Positions 40,852-54,244 of a DNA stretch of 64,000 nucleotides are shown here, piece after piece. Position 1 is the first letter of the stretch; every line of letters begins with the position of its first letter. The stretch lies in NCBI GenBank assembly GCA_951406725.2, contig OX597815.1, positions 187,612,001 to 187,676,000 of the forward strand, given 5' to 3'. The stretch is from Octopus vulgaris. Its lineage: Eukaryota. The position numbers and the translations under genes are program-made. A model generated the notes under the pieces. The model saw only the letters and a program-made list of their open reading frames with translations, was not told where the DNA came from and made no database searches.

Positions 40852-40887
40852 CTTTCTGTTGAAGAGTGTAGGCTTGAAATGTAAAAG
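40852..40887 (+). ncRNA. Decayed hammerhead-like motif (CUGUUGA core)
   Basis: CTTT-CTGTTGA-A-GAGT-GTAG-GCTT-GAAA-TG-TA-AAAG. Confidence 0.45.
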
Positions 40888-41050
40888 ACTTTCTCACCTT
40901 CCCGAGTGTTGAACTAATACATCTGTTTGTTGTTTATACACCTGTCTTTGCCTTTTGTTTTCCAGTAAATTCCAACTATATATAAATATATGTAGGTATA
41001 TATATTAAATGATTGATACGGAAGACAAAGTGCAACTAGAAGTTTTATTA

Positions 41051-41154
41051 GCACAACAATTGTTTCGGCTTTATTCTGCACTGCTCCCTAGTTGGTGTGG
41101 GATGATGTAATTACATCAGATGTAACACACGGTGCAATAAGCCTCATCAAGTGA
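41051..41154 (-). ncRNA. Type I hammerhead ribozyme motif with extended stem II
   Basis: Minus strand: CAC-TTGATGA-GGCTTATTGCAC-[about 50 nt]-GTGCAGAATAAAGCC-GAAA-C-AATT-G-TT-GTG. Confidence 0.7.
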
Positions 41155-41371
41155 CATAACATGCTTCAAAATTTACCAGATTTACCTTTCATTTTCACTC
41201 CAAGTTACATGCTGGTGGTGAGTTGCTAGCAATTCAGACACATTCGGTTGAGAAGTCATTGCTAAAGAGTAAAAAAAATAATAAAATACAAAGAATCTAA
41301 TGTAAATGGAGGGTGTGAGTGTGGAGGGAGGTGTTTATGGCATTAAATTGCAAGGGCTTCAATGTATGTTA

Positions 41372-41830
41372 ACTTCCTAACCACATGGTTTTAGGTTCAG
41401 TCCCACTGTGTAGGCACCTTGGGCAAGTGTTGTCTACTTATAGCCTCAGGCCGACCAAAGCCTTGTGAGTGGATTTGGTAGATGGAAACTGAAAGAAGCC
41501 CATTGTATATATGTATATGTTTGTGTGTCTGTGTTTGTCTCTCCACCATCGCTTGACAACCGATGTTGGTGTGTTTACATCCACATAACTTAGTGGTTTG
41601 GCAAAAGAGACTGATGGAATAAGTACTAGGCTTACAAATGACCGAAACAGATAAAAGAATATGTACATATATTCTTTTGTTCGATTAAAGGCGGTGCTCC
41701 AACATGGCCACAGTAAAATGACTGAAACAAGTAAAAGAATATAGACATGTATTCTTTTGTTCAACTAAAGGCAGTGCTCCAGTATGGTCACAGTCACAAT
41801 GACTGGAACAACTAAAACAAGTAAAAGAAC
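41372..41830 (+). mobile_element. SINE family A, 5'-truncated, with duplicated 3' end
   Basis: The 3' module TAAAGGC.GTGCTCCA..ATGG.CACAGT occurs twice. Confidence 0.9.
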
Positions 41831-42616
41831 AAAGATATTTTTTCAGATAGTATTGTGAGTTTGGTAGCATTAGGTGAAAATGAGAGATGTACAGACTTCT
41901 ATTCCGACAATAGAAATGCATTAGGGTAGTTATTAGTGGTTTAAAAAATTCTCATCTCTTGATTGGAAACTTTGAAGAAGAGTCACTTGCTAAAAATTAG
42001 TGACCTTTTCAAGAAAATATGGTTTTCCGATAAAATTGAAAGGAAATAATGGTAAATGGTTTGCATATGATTCCGGTTAGAATTAGTTGAGAAGTGAGGG
42101 TTGATTATTTTGAGGAATAAAATTAAGTGATATAATTGCTAGAAAAAGTAACCAATCTAGGTGATTAATTTATGTCAGTAATTATAGGAAAAACATGTTT
42201 GACTTGGAAAAACTGACATTGTACTTTATTGAACACGTTTCACTATACAAATTTTCTTCTATCACAGGTCTTTTTTTTAAAATTATTTTTATCAAAAGTT
42301 TTTATTTGCTAGGGATCATGAATCTGTGAAACAAAAGAGAGGATTGCCAGAAGATTCTTAATTTCTCGGTTTCAAAATTTCAGAATCTCCATTAGTCTGC
42401 ACTAGCAAATTAACCTTGTCTTCATTGCTTGTTGTCTACTGTTGTTTATACATTTCATAATGTCGAAAGATTCTATCGAATCAACTGATTACTTAAGTTT
42501 TAGGCTGTCAGTGAATTTGAATGGAAAAGAATGATGTGACCAATGAAATCATTTAACCAATAAAAATTTTTAATAACGTCAATGTGTCTTTCAAACTGAG
42601 ACTTTCATGAATATAT

Positions 42617-43033
42617 ATTTCTTTACTACCCACAAGGGGCTAAACACAGAGGCAACAAACAAGGACAGACAAAGGGATTAAGTCGATTACATTGACCCCA
42701 GTGCGTAACTGGTACTTAATTTATTGACCCCGAAAGGATGAAAGGCAAAGTCGACCTCGGCGGAATTTGAACTCAGAATGTAACGGCAGACGAAATACCT
42801 ATTTCTTTACTACCCACAAGAGGCTAAACATAGAGTGAACAAACAAAGACAGACAAAGGGATTAAGTCGATTACATCGACCCCAGTGCGTAACTGGTACT
42901 TAATTTATCGACCCTGAAAGGATGAAATGCAAAGTCGACCTCGGTGGAATTTGAACTCGGAATGTAACGACAGACAACATACAGCTACGCATTTCACCCA
43001 GTGTGCTAACGTTTCTGCCAGCTCGCCACCTTT
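42617..43033 (-). mobile_element. SINE family B dimer
   Basis: Body repeated twice with junction AAAGAAATAGGTATTTCGTCTG. Confidence 0.9.
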
Positions 43034-43997
43034 AATGAATATACCTTAAAATTATCTTAGTTTCTCTGAAGTTCATATCATTGCTATGAAGTTTCAGTGT
43101 TTTTATTTTATTTTAAAAAATTTTCTAATACTTTACAGCAAGTTTAATAGATTTTAATTAAACTAAAAGGCTTGTTAATATACTTTTGTGAGGAATTATC
43201 TCTAAATATACTTTATTCAGAAATGTAGAGTAGAAAACTACCTTATATCTTAATTAAATATTTTTCATTATTTGTTCAACAATAGCTGGGAATTGTATGC
43301 TGCTGATAGAGAATGAAATTTGGATATTATCATCTTTATTGTTGATGGGCATCAGTAACTAACATTGATAGTAAATGAAAACCTTCAACTTTTGTTAATA
43401 ATAATAAAAAAAAAGCTCAATTTTTTTTTGTCAATAATGGAAAGTAATTTGGTTTAGCTTCAAAATACACAGAGTAGCATAGAAAACCATGAAACAATAG
43501 AATAACAGTAAAGGAGAAATATTTTAGAAAATTACTTTTTTCGCCTGCCAGCCATTATATTCTTCAAGTCTGAAAGACCAAAAGATCACAAGGTTCATTG
43601 CATTATACAGGCTAGAAAAAAATATCATGAAGTATGAAATAAATAAAAACCCATTAATAATGATAAACTTTTTAGAATATTTGATATCTTAGTATGCTTT
43701 GAAATTCTCACCATTATTGATTAATAAACTGAGAAAAAGTCAATTTGAATCTTGCTAAGCCAAAAAAAAAAAAACTAAAAAAAAAGGGGAAAAAAAAAAT
43801 CAATCTTACAAGAGGCATTATTTTATCTGTCTAAATATATTTAAATGTTGGCAGCAATATCATGTTTTGATTTTACTCTCAGCTTGCCACAGAGTCAACT
43901 GTTACCAACAGAATTGAAACTAATTCAATCTTAAGCAATTTTTAATACTGACCACTAGCGATTACAGGAATAATTTCTATATGCATTTATATGTTTT

Positions 43998-44628
43998 GTC
44001 TTTTATCTCTTACTTGTGTCAGTCATTAGACTGTGGCCATGCTGGGGCAATGCCCTGAAGAAATTTTTTTGCTGAATGAATCACCTCCAATGCTTATTGT
44101 TTTTAAGCCTGGTATTTATTATTTTAAGGGCAACGAGCTGGCAGAAATGTTAGCATGCCGGGCAAAATGCTTAGCAGTATTTCGTCTGCCACTACATTCT
44201 GAGTTCAAATTCCACCTAGGTCAACTTTGCCTTTCATCCTTTCGGGGTCGATTAAATAAGTACCAGTTATGCACTGGAGTTGATGTAATCAACTTAATTT
44301 GTTTGTCTGTCCTTGTTTGTCCTCGCTGTGTTTAGCCCCTTGTGGGTAATAAAGAAATAGGTATTTATTGTGTCTCTTGTCAAACCACTAAGTTATTTGG
44401 GATGTAAACAGACCGACACCAGTTGTCAAATGCTGATGGAGATAAACAGACACACAGATACATATACAACAAGCTTCTTTCAGTTTCTCTCCACCAAATC
44501 CATTCACAAGACTTTGGTCAGCCTGAGGCTATAGTAGAAGACACTTGCCCAAGGTGTCACACTGTGGGACTGAACCCAGAACCATGTGGTTGGGAGGCAA
44601 ACTTTTTACCATACAGCCATGCCTACAC
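43998..44628 (-). mobile_element. SINE family A with nested + strand SINE B (about 44121-44359)
   Basis: TSD GGTATTTATT at 44111 and 44360. Confidence 0.9.
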
Positions 44629-44794
44629 CTTTTATTCTTTTACTTATTTTCAAGTATCACTTGAAGAGGGAAGTTTTGTCTAGTGAATATTTAAAAAAAA
44701 GAAGGGTGAATGTAGCAAGGATGGCACATGTGAATGACAGAGCCAGCTTGAGCATCATCCTATGAACCAAAAAAAGAGAGGAAAACAGAGAGTT

Positions 44795-45080
44795 ACTTAC
44801 TGTAATGTGTTTTAATGCATGGCATTATTGCCTGAGGTTACGTGGTCTTTTCTATAGGTTTTTCTTTCCACGGATAAACCTAATCTGTTTCCCCTTTCTA
44901 CATCATGACATTTCTGTGATACATGGTCCCTATTGATCAGCCTTTTACTTTTTTTTTTCCACGATCCCTTTTGATCGAAATTCTACCCCCCCCTTTTTCT
45001 TTCTTCTTCCCAAAAAGAAAAGCTCTACTTTGTATTTTGTCCCTTCAGTGTTCAGCCCTATGTGGCCAGTAAAGAAACAT
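44795..45080 (+). mobile_element. Probable LINE 3' UTR fragment sharing its tail with SINE B
   Basis: Ends TTTGTCCCTT..GTGTTCAGCCCTATGTGGCCAGTAAAGAAA and runs into (CTAT)n. Confidence 0.55.
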
Positions 45081-45268
<188 letters not shown>

Positions 45269-45847
45269 AGTTAAAAATAGTTTCTAATTTTAGACAGAAA
45301 CCCAGCAATTTTAAGGGGAAGGCATTGATTAAACAGACCCAGTGTTTGACTGGTGCCCTATTTTAATTGACCCTGAAGGGATGAAAGGCAAAGTAGATAT
45401 TGACAAAATTTGAACTCAGAATGTAAAGAACTGGAGCAAGTATTACACAGCATCTTTTTAAGAATTTTTCGACTCAGTAACAATCCCATCATCTCACTGC
45501 CTTTATATTACTTGTAAGGAGACAAATGTTTCCAACAATCTATTGCTAGAAGTACTGGAAGAATGGAACAGAGACCTAAAAACCACCCAGCTGCTTTTAT
45601 CAGTAAATTACACCACTTGCTGTTCTTATTTAGAGCTAAACAGACTCACCCATTATGAGTGAGGTAATTTGCCTTCGCTATGGATGCAATACTGCACCAG
45701 CAACGATTCATAAATCGTTGGCATCATAGCTGGTTGCCTGTTAGCTTATTTACTCAATCATTGATACTGTTTCTCTCTCTGTCACTTTTTCCCTCTTTCC
45801 CTCTCACTCTCTCTCTTTCTCCCTCCTTTACTCTTTTGCATTCTGAT

Positions 45848-45852
<5 letters not shown>

Positions 45853-45925
<73 letters not shown>

Positions 45926-46008
45926 GATAGATAGATAGAGAGATAGATAGATAGATAGAGAGATAGATAGATAGAGAGACAGAGAGATAGATAGATAGAG
46001 AGACAGAG

Positions 46009-46049
<41 letters not shown>

Positions 46050-46085
46050 CAGAGAGATAGATAGACACAGAGAGATAGATAGACA
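45853..46085. repeat. (CA)n + (GATA)n compound microsatellite
   Basis: Direct inspection. Confidence 0.98.
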
Positions 46086-47654
46086 CACGTGTGTGTGCTC
46101 TTTCTTTTCTGCCTCTCTCTCTCTCACATACATACACACTTTCTCTTGTATTTCCATATTTCTAAAATCATCTGTAAATAAAACAACCTTAAAAATCGTT
46201 AATAAAACAATAATATTATCATATTTGTCAGGAGTAGTTAATTGTTATTTTTAAAACACAGGTAAATGTTAGCTTCATAATCATATATTAAATATTATTT
46301 AGGTGTTTAATTGTGAGCATTTTTGTGTTTGGCTAAACTCGAATGCATTTCTTCTATATCTATGCATCAATTTTATTCAGGTGTCTTTTAATATGTGTAT
46401 ACAAGCATGTTTATGGTTAGATATTTATGTGTACATATGCTCATGCATTAATATCATTCTTATAAGAGAAGAGCCGTTACCTCTCATATATGACTATCTA
46501 TATATGAATGTCAGTTCCATTTGAATTCCATAGCTGTAAAATTGGCTCATAAATTTTTATATTATGCATTAAATTTCTGACATAACTCAAAGCTGGAAAG
46601 ATTTGTATATGATATCTGAAATGATAGATCAGTAGTATTGTATATTGATTTGTTGGGCCTGAATGGAAAAATAAATATTTGGAAATTCAAGCAATAATAA
46701 AAAGAGTGTTACGAATAGAAATCTTGTTCCTGTGCCATTTTATTATGCCCTTAAAAATAATTCAATAGATGAAATTATTTCCCGTATGGTTTCATATCAT
46801 TCAAATTTTATTCTCCAATACTCTCTAATTATAAGTTAGTTTATCCGAAATTAAAAAATAAAAATAAAAGGAAAGAAAGATAAAGAAAAATTTTAAAACC
46901 CAATAAATTGTTAGAAATTGTATGAAAATTTTCCAGGGAAATATGAGTAGAAACTGAATCACCCATGGAAGATTTATAGGATTCGTGCTTGATGTATTAT
47001 TCAAAGATTATTTAATTTTTATATATTTATTATTAAATGCCCTGTAGAGATGTGCTAAGAAGTGTAAGCTTTTAGAATCGAATTAAAACTTTCAACCCTA
47101 TTAACAATAAAGATTATATTTGTTTTATGATAATTAGAAAATTTGTAAATTCATTAAATGTGTAAATTCATTAAACAGAGAAAAAAGGAATATTATCAAA
47201 AGAATAAGCAGAAAATAAAAAGATTTTTATTAATTTATATATTTGTAACTCAATACTTAAATCTGACAACTTGTTTGAATAATGTGTGAGAAAGATTTTA
47301 AGTTCATTGTTCAAAACAAAATATGGGAATCTGCCTCTCCCCCCACCCCATCATCATCATCATCTTCACAACCACCACCACTATCATCATCACCATCGCC
47401 ATTCTCATCATTACCTATTTTCTCATTAACAATCACAGGTCCCACATTCCACAGCTTGTTTCATACCAGTAATTCTCAACCATTCTTTTCGTCTTTGGGC
47501 CCCTTTTGTTTATTATTTTATTCCAGTGGGTCATCCATAGCCATTTGATGTTTGAAAACTAGTTTCGTAGAAACTTCTTCCAAAATTCCTATTTTGTTTT
47601 CCACACAGTCACTTCTGTACATTGAAATCTAGCAGTTTCTTGCAATACATACAC

Positions 47655-48267
47655 CATCATCATCATCATCATTTAATATCTGTTGTCCATGCTGGCATGG
47701 GTTGGATGGTTTGACCAGGGCTAGTAAGCTGGAAGGCTGCACCAGACTCCAGTCTGATTTGGCATGGTTTTCTATGGCTGGATGCCCTTCCTAACATCAA
47801 CCACTCTGAGAGTGTAATGGGTGCTTTTATGTGCCACTGGCACAGGTGCCATTTGCATGACACCAGTATCTGCCATGACTGCGATCTTGCTTGGCTTGAT
47901 GGGTCTTCTTTTCAAGCACAACATAATGCCAAAAGGTCTCAGTCATTACCTCTGTGAAGCCCAACGCTTGAAAGGAACTCTGCCACTTTGCCTCCATGAT
48001 GCCTAACACTTGAAAGGGACTCAGCTGCTTTGCCTCTATGAGGCGCGACTCTTGAAAAGCTGCTTTGCCTCTGCAAGGACTGACACTTGAAAAGAACTCA
48101 ACCACTTTGCCTCCTTGAGGCCCAACGCTCGAAGGAACTCGGCTGCTTTGCCTCCGTGAGACCCAGCACTCAAAAAGGAACTCAACCACTTTACCTCCAT
48201 GAGTCCAAACACTCGAAAGGTACTCAGCCACTTTGTCTCATTGAGGCACAGCCCTTGAAAAGAACTT
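47655..48267 (-). mobile_element. SINE family C with an internal tandem array (about 42-bp unit, 47950-48267)
   Basis: Unit CCTCYGTGAGGCCCAACACTYGAAARGAACTCAGCCACTTTG, about 7-8 diverged copies. Confidence 0.85.
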
Positions 48268-48844
48268 TTAAATGATTAATTCAAAACAAAGTAAAGGAAT
48301 AAAAATTACATTTGTCAGAATAAGAATGCTAATGGGTTCACCTTAACCCTTTTCTTTCCATTTTTTTGTTTAAATTCTCTGTAAGTTTTAAAATGAATTT
48401 TGTTGTTGATGATGATGGTTTTCTTAAAGAGGTCTAGAATTCAGCTGTATTTAATAAAATAGTAAAGTTTATTGCTAAGAAGCTGCAATTTAGAATATGA
48501 ATTTACAAAATTCTCATACAAAAAATTATGCTGAAAGATTTTAGTTTCTATATGAACATTTTAAAATCAGTGGTTTTGCATCATAATATTAGAGCTTGTC
48601 TCAGCCTGACTGAGATATCAAAAGCTTAATCTCACTGTCAGTGTCATTGCCTAACACTTTTAATTGCAAAATGATGCAAATACACCACATTTATTCACAC
48701 TCACACAGACAGACACTTCTATCTACTCTTTATTGGGTCAATAAATGAGCCTCTACATGATTGTTTGATTTGCAGCCAAATTTCTCACAAATTACGCTTG
48801 AGTCTTGTGAGAGAGAGAGAGAAAGATGAATTGCATGATGTAAT

Positions 48845-49315
48845 CTGACTGGCTCCCTGTGCTGGTGACGTGTAAAAAGCTCCATGCGAATGTGGCCAAT
48901 GTCAGTGCCCGCTGATTGGCTCCCATGCTGGTGGCACATAAAAAGCACCATCTGAACATGGTTGATGTCAGTGCCCCCCTAACTGGCTTCTGTGCCAGTG
49001 GAAAATAAAAAACACCATCTGAATGTGGTCGATGTCAGTGCCCCCTGAGTGGCTCCCATGCCGGTAGCACATAAAAAGCACCATTCAAACATGGTCAGTG
49101 CCAGTACTGCCTGACTGGCCCTTGTGCTGGTGGGATGTAAAAAGCGCTCACTACATTCACAGAGTGGTTGGTGTTAGGAAAAGCATCCAGCTGTAGAAAC
49201 CTTGCCAGATCAGATTGGACCCTGGTGCAGCCTACTGACTGGCCAGTCCCCAAGTCAAACTGTCCAACCCATGCCAGCATGGAAAGCAGACGTTAAACAA
49301 TGATGATGATGATGA
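48845..49315 (+). mobile_element. SINE family C with an internal tandem array (about 58-bp unit)
   Basis: TGGCTCCC.TGCYGGTGGCACRTAAAAAGCACCAT..GAA..TGGTCGATGTCAGTGCCC, about 5 copies; (GAT)n tail. Confidence 0.9.
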
Positions 49316-49906
49316 GTCTAGATAAACAGAACCTGAAACCATGATGAAGTGATATGGCTGGCAAATCTATGATCATAAATTTGCTCAATCAGAACTGAGC
49401 TTCCTTGGGCTAAACAATATCAACTCCCATGTTATGCCTATCAAGGATCTCTCGTGACTATTTGGAAGCTACAATATTGATTTAACAGTTTAATTATTTC
49501 ATTTGTTCATCCATATGAATAATGACCACTACATCATTCATGGGTCAGTCCAGAAGTGGCCAATGCATCATTTTCCTTTTTTCCTTTCCCCTATTTGCCA
49601 ACAAATTTCATCTCCCTCATCTTTCTCCTCTGATCAACTCAGCAGTTCCTGGTTTGTTCGGATGCTGTGACACACTTCTTGTTGAGAATGCATCAAATAT
49701 CATCTTTCAACAACAAAGGCTGAATCTGTTTGGCTCTGTGAATTATCACTAAATATCTTTTACTCCAACATAAAATGAACCAACATCTATGTTGTTAATG
49801 TTGTCATCATCAGCATCATTTTTCTATCTGTTTCCCAATGTTTTTCTATCTGTTTCCAATGTTTTTCTATCTGTTTCCCATCAGTTGAGGCAATATTCTA
49901 TAGTCA

Positions 49907-50322
49907 GGGCAAGCTGGCAGAAACATTAGCATACGGGGTGAAATGCTTAGCAGTATTTTGTCTGCCGCTACGTTCTGAGTTCAAATTCTGCCGAGGTTGA
50001 CTTTGCCTTTCATCCTTTTGGTGTCGATTAAATAAGTACCAGTTACGCACTGGGGTTGATATAATCGACTTAATCCATTTGTCCTTGTTTGTCCTCTCTA
50101 CGTTTAGCCCCTTGTGGGTAGTAAAGAAATAGGTATTTCGTCTGCTGTTATGTTCTGAGTTCAAATTCTGCAGAGGTTGATTTTGCCTTTCGTCCTTTTG
50201 GGGTTGATTAAATAAGTACCAGTTACACACTGGGGTCGATGTAATCAACTTAACTTAATCCCTTTGTCTGTCCTTGTTTGTCCCCTCTATGTTTAGCCCC
50301 CTGTGTGCAAGAAAGAAATAAA
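49907..50322 (+). mobile_element. SINE family B dimer
   Basis: Same internal junction as 42617-43033; TSD ATTCTATAGTCAG. Confidence 0.9.
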
Positions 50323-50711
50323 CATTCTATAGTCAGATGCCGTTCCTGATGTCAGTCCTTGTTTTCAAGTAAGGTACTTCATTTAAGTGATCAACATATG
50401 TTGAACTAGTGAGCCAGGCATTTAGTTCATAGGAGACAAACATTTGACACTGCTCCACAAGCAGATGTCAATGTGCAATCATATGGAAGCAAACACGTGC
50501 ACACACATATACACACACACAGACATTTGACAGGCTGTTGTACAGCTTGTGTCTACTAACTTTCACATACAAAGCATTTGTCAACACAAGGCTATCGTAG
50601 AAGATACTTCCCCATTGAGCCATGAAATGAGATTGAACTCATAACCGTGTATTTGTGAAGCAAACTTCATAAACCCCATGGGTATTTTCTTGTGGATGTA
50701 TTACACACATT

Positions 50712-51042
50712 GCTAAAACTGGCTTCCGTGCCGGTGGCACATAAAAGGGCACCATTCGAGCATGATCATTACCAACGTCGCCTTACTGGCACCTGTGCTG
50801 GTGGCATGTGTAAAAAGATTTGAGCAAGGTCGTTGCCAGTACCGCCTTACTGGCCCTCGTGCCGGTGGAACGTAAAAAGCACCTACTACACTCTCGGAGT
50901 GATTGGCGTTAGGAAGGGCATCCAGCTGTAGAAACTCTGCCAGATCAAGATTGGAGCCTGGTGCAGCCATCTGGTTTGCCAGCCCTCAGTCAAAATCGTC
51001 CAACCCATGCTAGCATGGAAAGCGGACATTAAACGATGATGA
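50712..51042 (+). mobile_element. SINE family C
   Basis: Homology to 48845-49315 and tail. Confidence 0.9.
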
Positions 51043-51299
51043 GGAATCTATGTAGAAATGCTGGAAGAGAGTAAGATTTCATTGTTGGAAAGATAGAAAT
51101 TGCTAAATATATGTTGTGTGTTGATTAGTTGCTGCATTATTGTAAATATTTTAAAGTCACTAAATCAATGGAATTCTCATTATGAAGTAATGGCTCTGCT
51201 TATCATTGAAATCATTATTCTTAGAATTTCTCTTGTGAACCAAAAAAAAAAAAAAGAAAATAGATTGATATTTTTTATAGTGAAATTGTTCTTTAAGTC

Positions 51300-54210
51300 T
51301 ATGCCACATCACTTGTGAACATTGATTTCAACTCGAGAGCAAATTACCCTACAAACTGTATGAGAGGACATTGCACAAGCCAGCACTGAGACAGTGTACG
51401 GCCTTGTGTCCTGCATAAGTTCATGGATATAAATTATGTGGGCCAAATCATCAGGCTTGCATGTTTGCATGAGGTTGCAATGACAGTTTGATCTGTTCGA
51501 CATAAACAGTGGCTTGTAAACTTTCACTGTCTTTGTTTGATTGTCTTGCTGCTGGGCTGTAAAGACCCATATAAAGGCCTACTCAATATAAGGTCAGCAT
51601 AAGAGATGCTAAAAGCCTTGCACAGAAATTGGGTCTATGTGCCAATTAGTAATTGATATTGGGCCCCTGTAAGAGACCAGAATTCAGAGCTGTACAGGAG
51701 AACAGGTTCTACAGTAGCATGAACCATGACAGTTGTGGTGCTTTCCAAATTTATAATCTGAAAAAGTACAAGAAGTATCTTAGGACTTCGAAGAACTTCT
51801 GGAAGCACACCGTCTGCACCACAAGATTTGCCAGTCTTGAAATGTTTAGCAGCAATCAGTGCTTCATCGAAGGTGATTTTGTCAATTAGAATATTGGTAA
51901 GCAGCGTGAGATTGGTGTCATTATAAAATTGCCTGTGGGAGTTGTATTGTTGTCGAGCTTCTTTTCAAAGTGGAATTTCCATCCAGCCAATCGATCTTGT
52001 GAGTTACTTGCCTTTCTTTTGATGCTGATTTAAATTTGTGACCAGACAGGTTGTTAATGGCTTTCGAATCTGTGGTAATTTTTCTGTTGTCTTCTGTCTA
52101 TTTGCTCTTCAACAGACACACACACATAAAAGATGGGCTTCAGTTTCCATCTTACAAATCCACTCACAAGGCTTTGTTCAGCCTGAGGCTATAGTAGAAA
52201 ACACTTGCCCAAGGTGGAACGGAACCCAGAACCATGTGGTTGAGAAGCAAGCTTCTTACCACACAGCCATCCTTGAACTTAGTTTGGAGACAAAACAGAC
52301 TGGTCACAGAAACAAACAGACTTGGCATTTTGGTCTGCAGTTTGTTGCTCAGCCAAGGCTAAGGATGAAGCTGCTACAGCATTTAATGTTGCAGAAGTTT
52401 TGTTCCCCTGATTTGCTTGTTTCATAGCTGCCAGACTGCTCCAGGCTTCCTGAATTTTGGCATCTTACCAAGGAGTTTTCTTCTATGAGAGTAGCACAAT
52501 AGGTACATGTTGCTCAGTAGCATAGGCAACACACTTTGAAAATGTGGTGTATTCTTCTAAGCAGTCAGAAGGTTCTACACTGAGTTTGGTATATCTGTTT
52601 TTGGATGTTATAACAATGGAAGTGGAGGTATCTGGGTTGGACAGAGAGGATCAGGTGAGCTTTTACTCCTTGGTTGATTTGAATGGGGACTGAGTTATAT
52701 TGTAGCAATCAGGATGTGATGACCTGAGGAAATGTATAGGCATAGCAGTCTTCAATAGACTTATGATACTTTTGATGACAGACTATGTAGCCAGTTTGTA
52801 ATTGTATTTTGTGTGGGCCTTTGTGCATGAAAAGTTTGCCATGGTGCTTGTGGAAAGCTGTGTTTGCATAGAAGAGTGTGTTTCCTGACAGAAAGTCTGA
52901 GAAGTTTTCAGAATTTCTTTTTGGTTTGTCTGAAAATGTCCATAGATTTTGTGGCGAGACCTGTAGATGTGCATTCCAGTCATTGAGGATTACTAGGAAA
53001 GAGTTTCATCCATCATCACAGGTGGCTGCATGTCATCATCGAAGATATTTATGTCTTCTTGTTTTGTTGTACAGTTTGGTGAGTAGCAAATGATAATATT
53101 TGGTTTAGGTCATGACTTCTGAGATTTGTTACTGCTAGAAAATGTGGAGACAAGTACTTGCTGAGAAATGGATGTAACAGATTCTAAGGATGCATAGGCA
53201 CAGGGAATGGCCAGGAAACCAATGCTGCCATTACCAGTGTCACAGTTGTAGAGTGCATCATCTGGTAGCCCTTGAATGTGTCCAGATATCAGACTTTCTC
53301 CTTGTATATAATTCTATGTTCTTGAAAGCCAAAGCTGTGATGCCAAGTCTGTCTGTTTCTGTGGCCAGTCTGTCTTGTCTCCAAACTAAGTTCAAGGATG
53401 GCTGTGTGGTAAGAAGCTTGCTTCTTAACCACATGGTTCTGGGTTCCGTTCCACCTTGGGCAAGTGTTTTCTACTATAGATTCAGGCTGAACAAAGCCTT
53501 GTGAGTGGATTTGTTAGATGGAAACTGAAGCTCATCTTTTATGTGTGTGTATCTGTTCCCAATTACTGCTTGAAAACTGGTGTTGGTGTGTTCAGTAAAA
53601 GAGACCAATAAAATAAGTACCAGGCTTTTAAAAGATAAGCACTGGGGTCGATGCAGTCAACTAAAAATTCTTCAAGGTGGTGCCCCAGCATGGCCACATT
53701 TGAATGAATGAAACAAATAAAAGATAAAAAAAGATATGAGTGATGAAGGAGATCAGAAGAGTCTCGGCTTGATCAGAGGGCAAACTGGTTTTGGAAGAAT
53801 CCAAGGCTTGTTGTGGTTGTTGACTTTTGTAAACCTATTTTTCACTAGGTCCGTAGGTGTAACCCAGGTCTGAATGTGACCTTATTCAACTGGGTGAAGT
53901 TAAGCCAGGCTAGAAGTTGTCAGTATGTCCTTCTTTGTAGTTTTCATGGGTATGGTCTTGGATCAGCTGCATAGTTTTCCAGTCTATGTGCTGGATGTTT
54001 TTCTGCAACACCACTCATATGGAGGGCCATTGGCTTACAATGAGATCATCTTTCCTTTGTCGGGTTTTGTTTTTAGTCCAGCAGAGTGTGTCTACAACAT
54101 CCTTCTCACCTGACAAGCCAGGTAGGCAAGTTAGATTAGTCACTGATCACCTGACCATGAGATACAGGTAGTATTGTGTTACATGATCCCACTATCAGGA
54201 TTTTCCTGAC
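51300..54210 (-). mobile_element. Decayed RTE-clade LINE 5' half (endonuclease and linker), interrupted by SINE A
   Basis: Minus-strand remnants LFYANTAFHKHHGKLF, YIVCHQKYHKSIEDCYAY (APE C-terminus) and AINNLSGHK..DRLAGWKFHFEKKL; boundaries approximate. Confidence 0.6.
52111..53557. repeat. Inverted duplication, about 218-bp arms (52111-52328 / 53340-53557)
   Basis: Both arms contain SINE A 5' half plus flanking sequence and share a private deletion. Confidence 0.9.
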
Positions 54211-54244
54211 CCGTGAGCTTTATTTTAATATTAATGATGGTTGT

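Noticed and set aside
45650-45712. Minus-strand ATG-initiated segment MNRCWCSIASIAKANYLTHNG ending at GTGAGT
   Set aside because: A strong donor alone is insufficient; there is no supporting downstream exon or homology
47950-48267. Regularly spaced repeats superficially like a CRISPR array
   Set aside because: Contiguous diverged tandem units without unique spacers, inside a SINE; eukaryotic context and no cas genes
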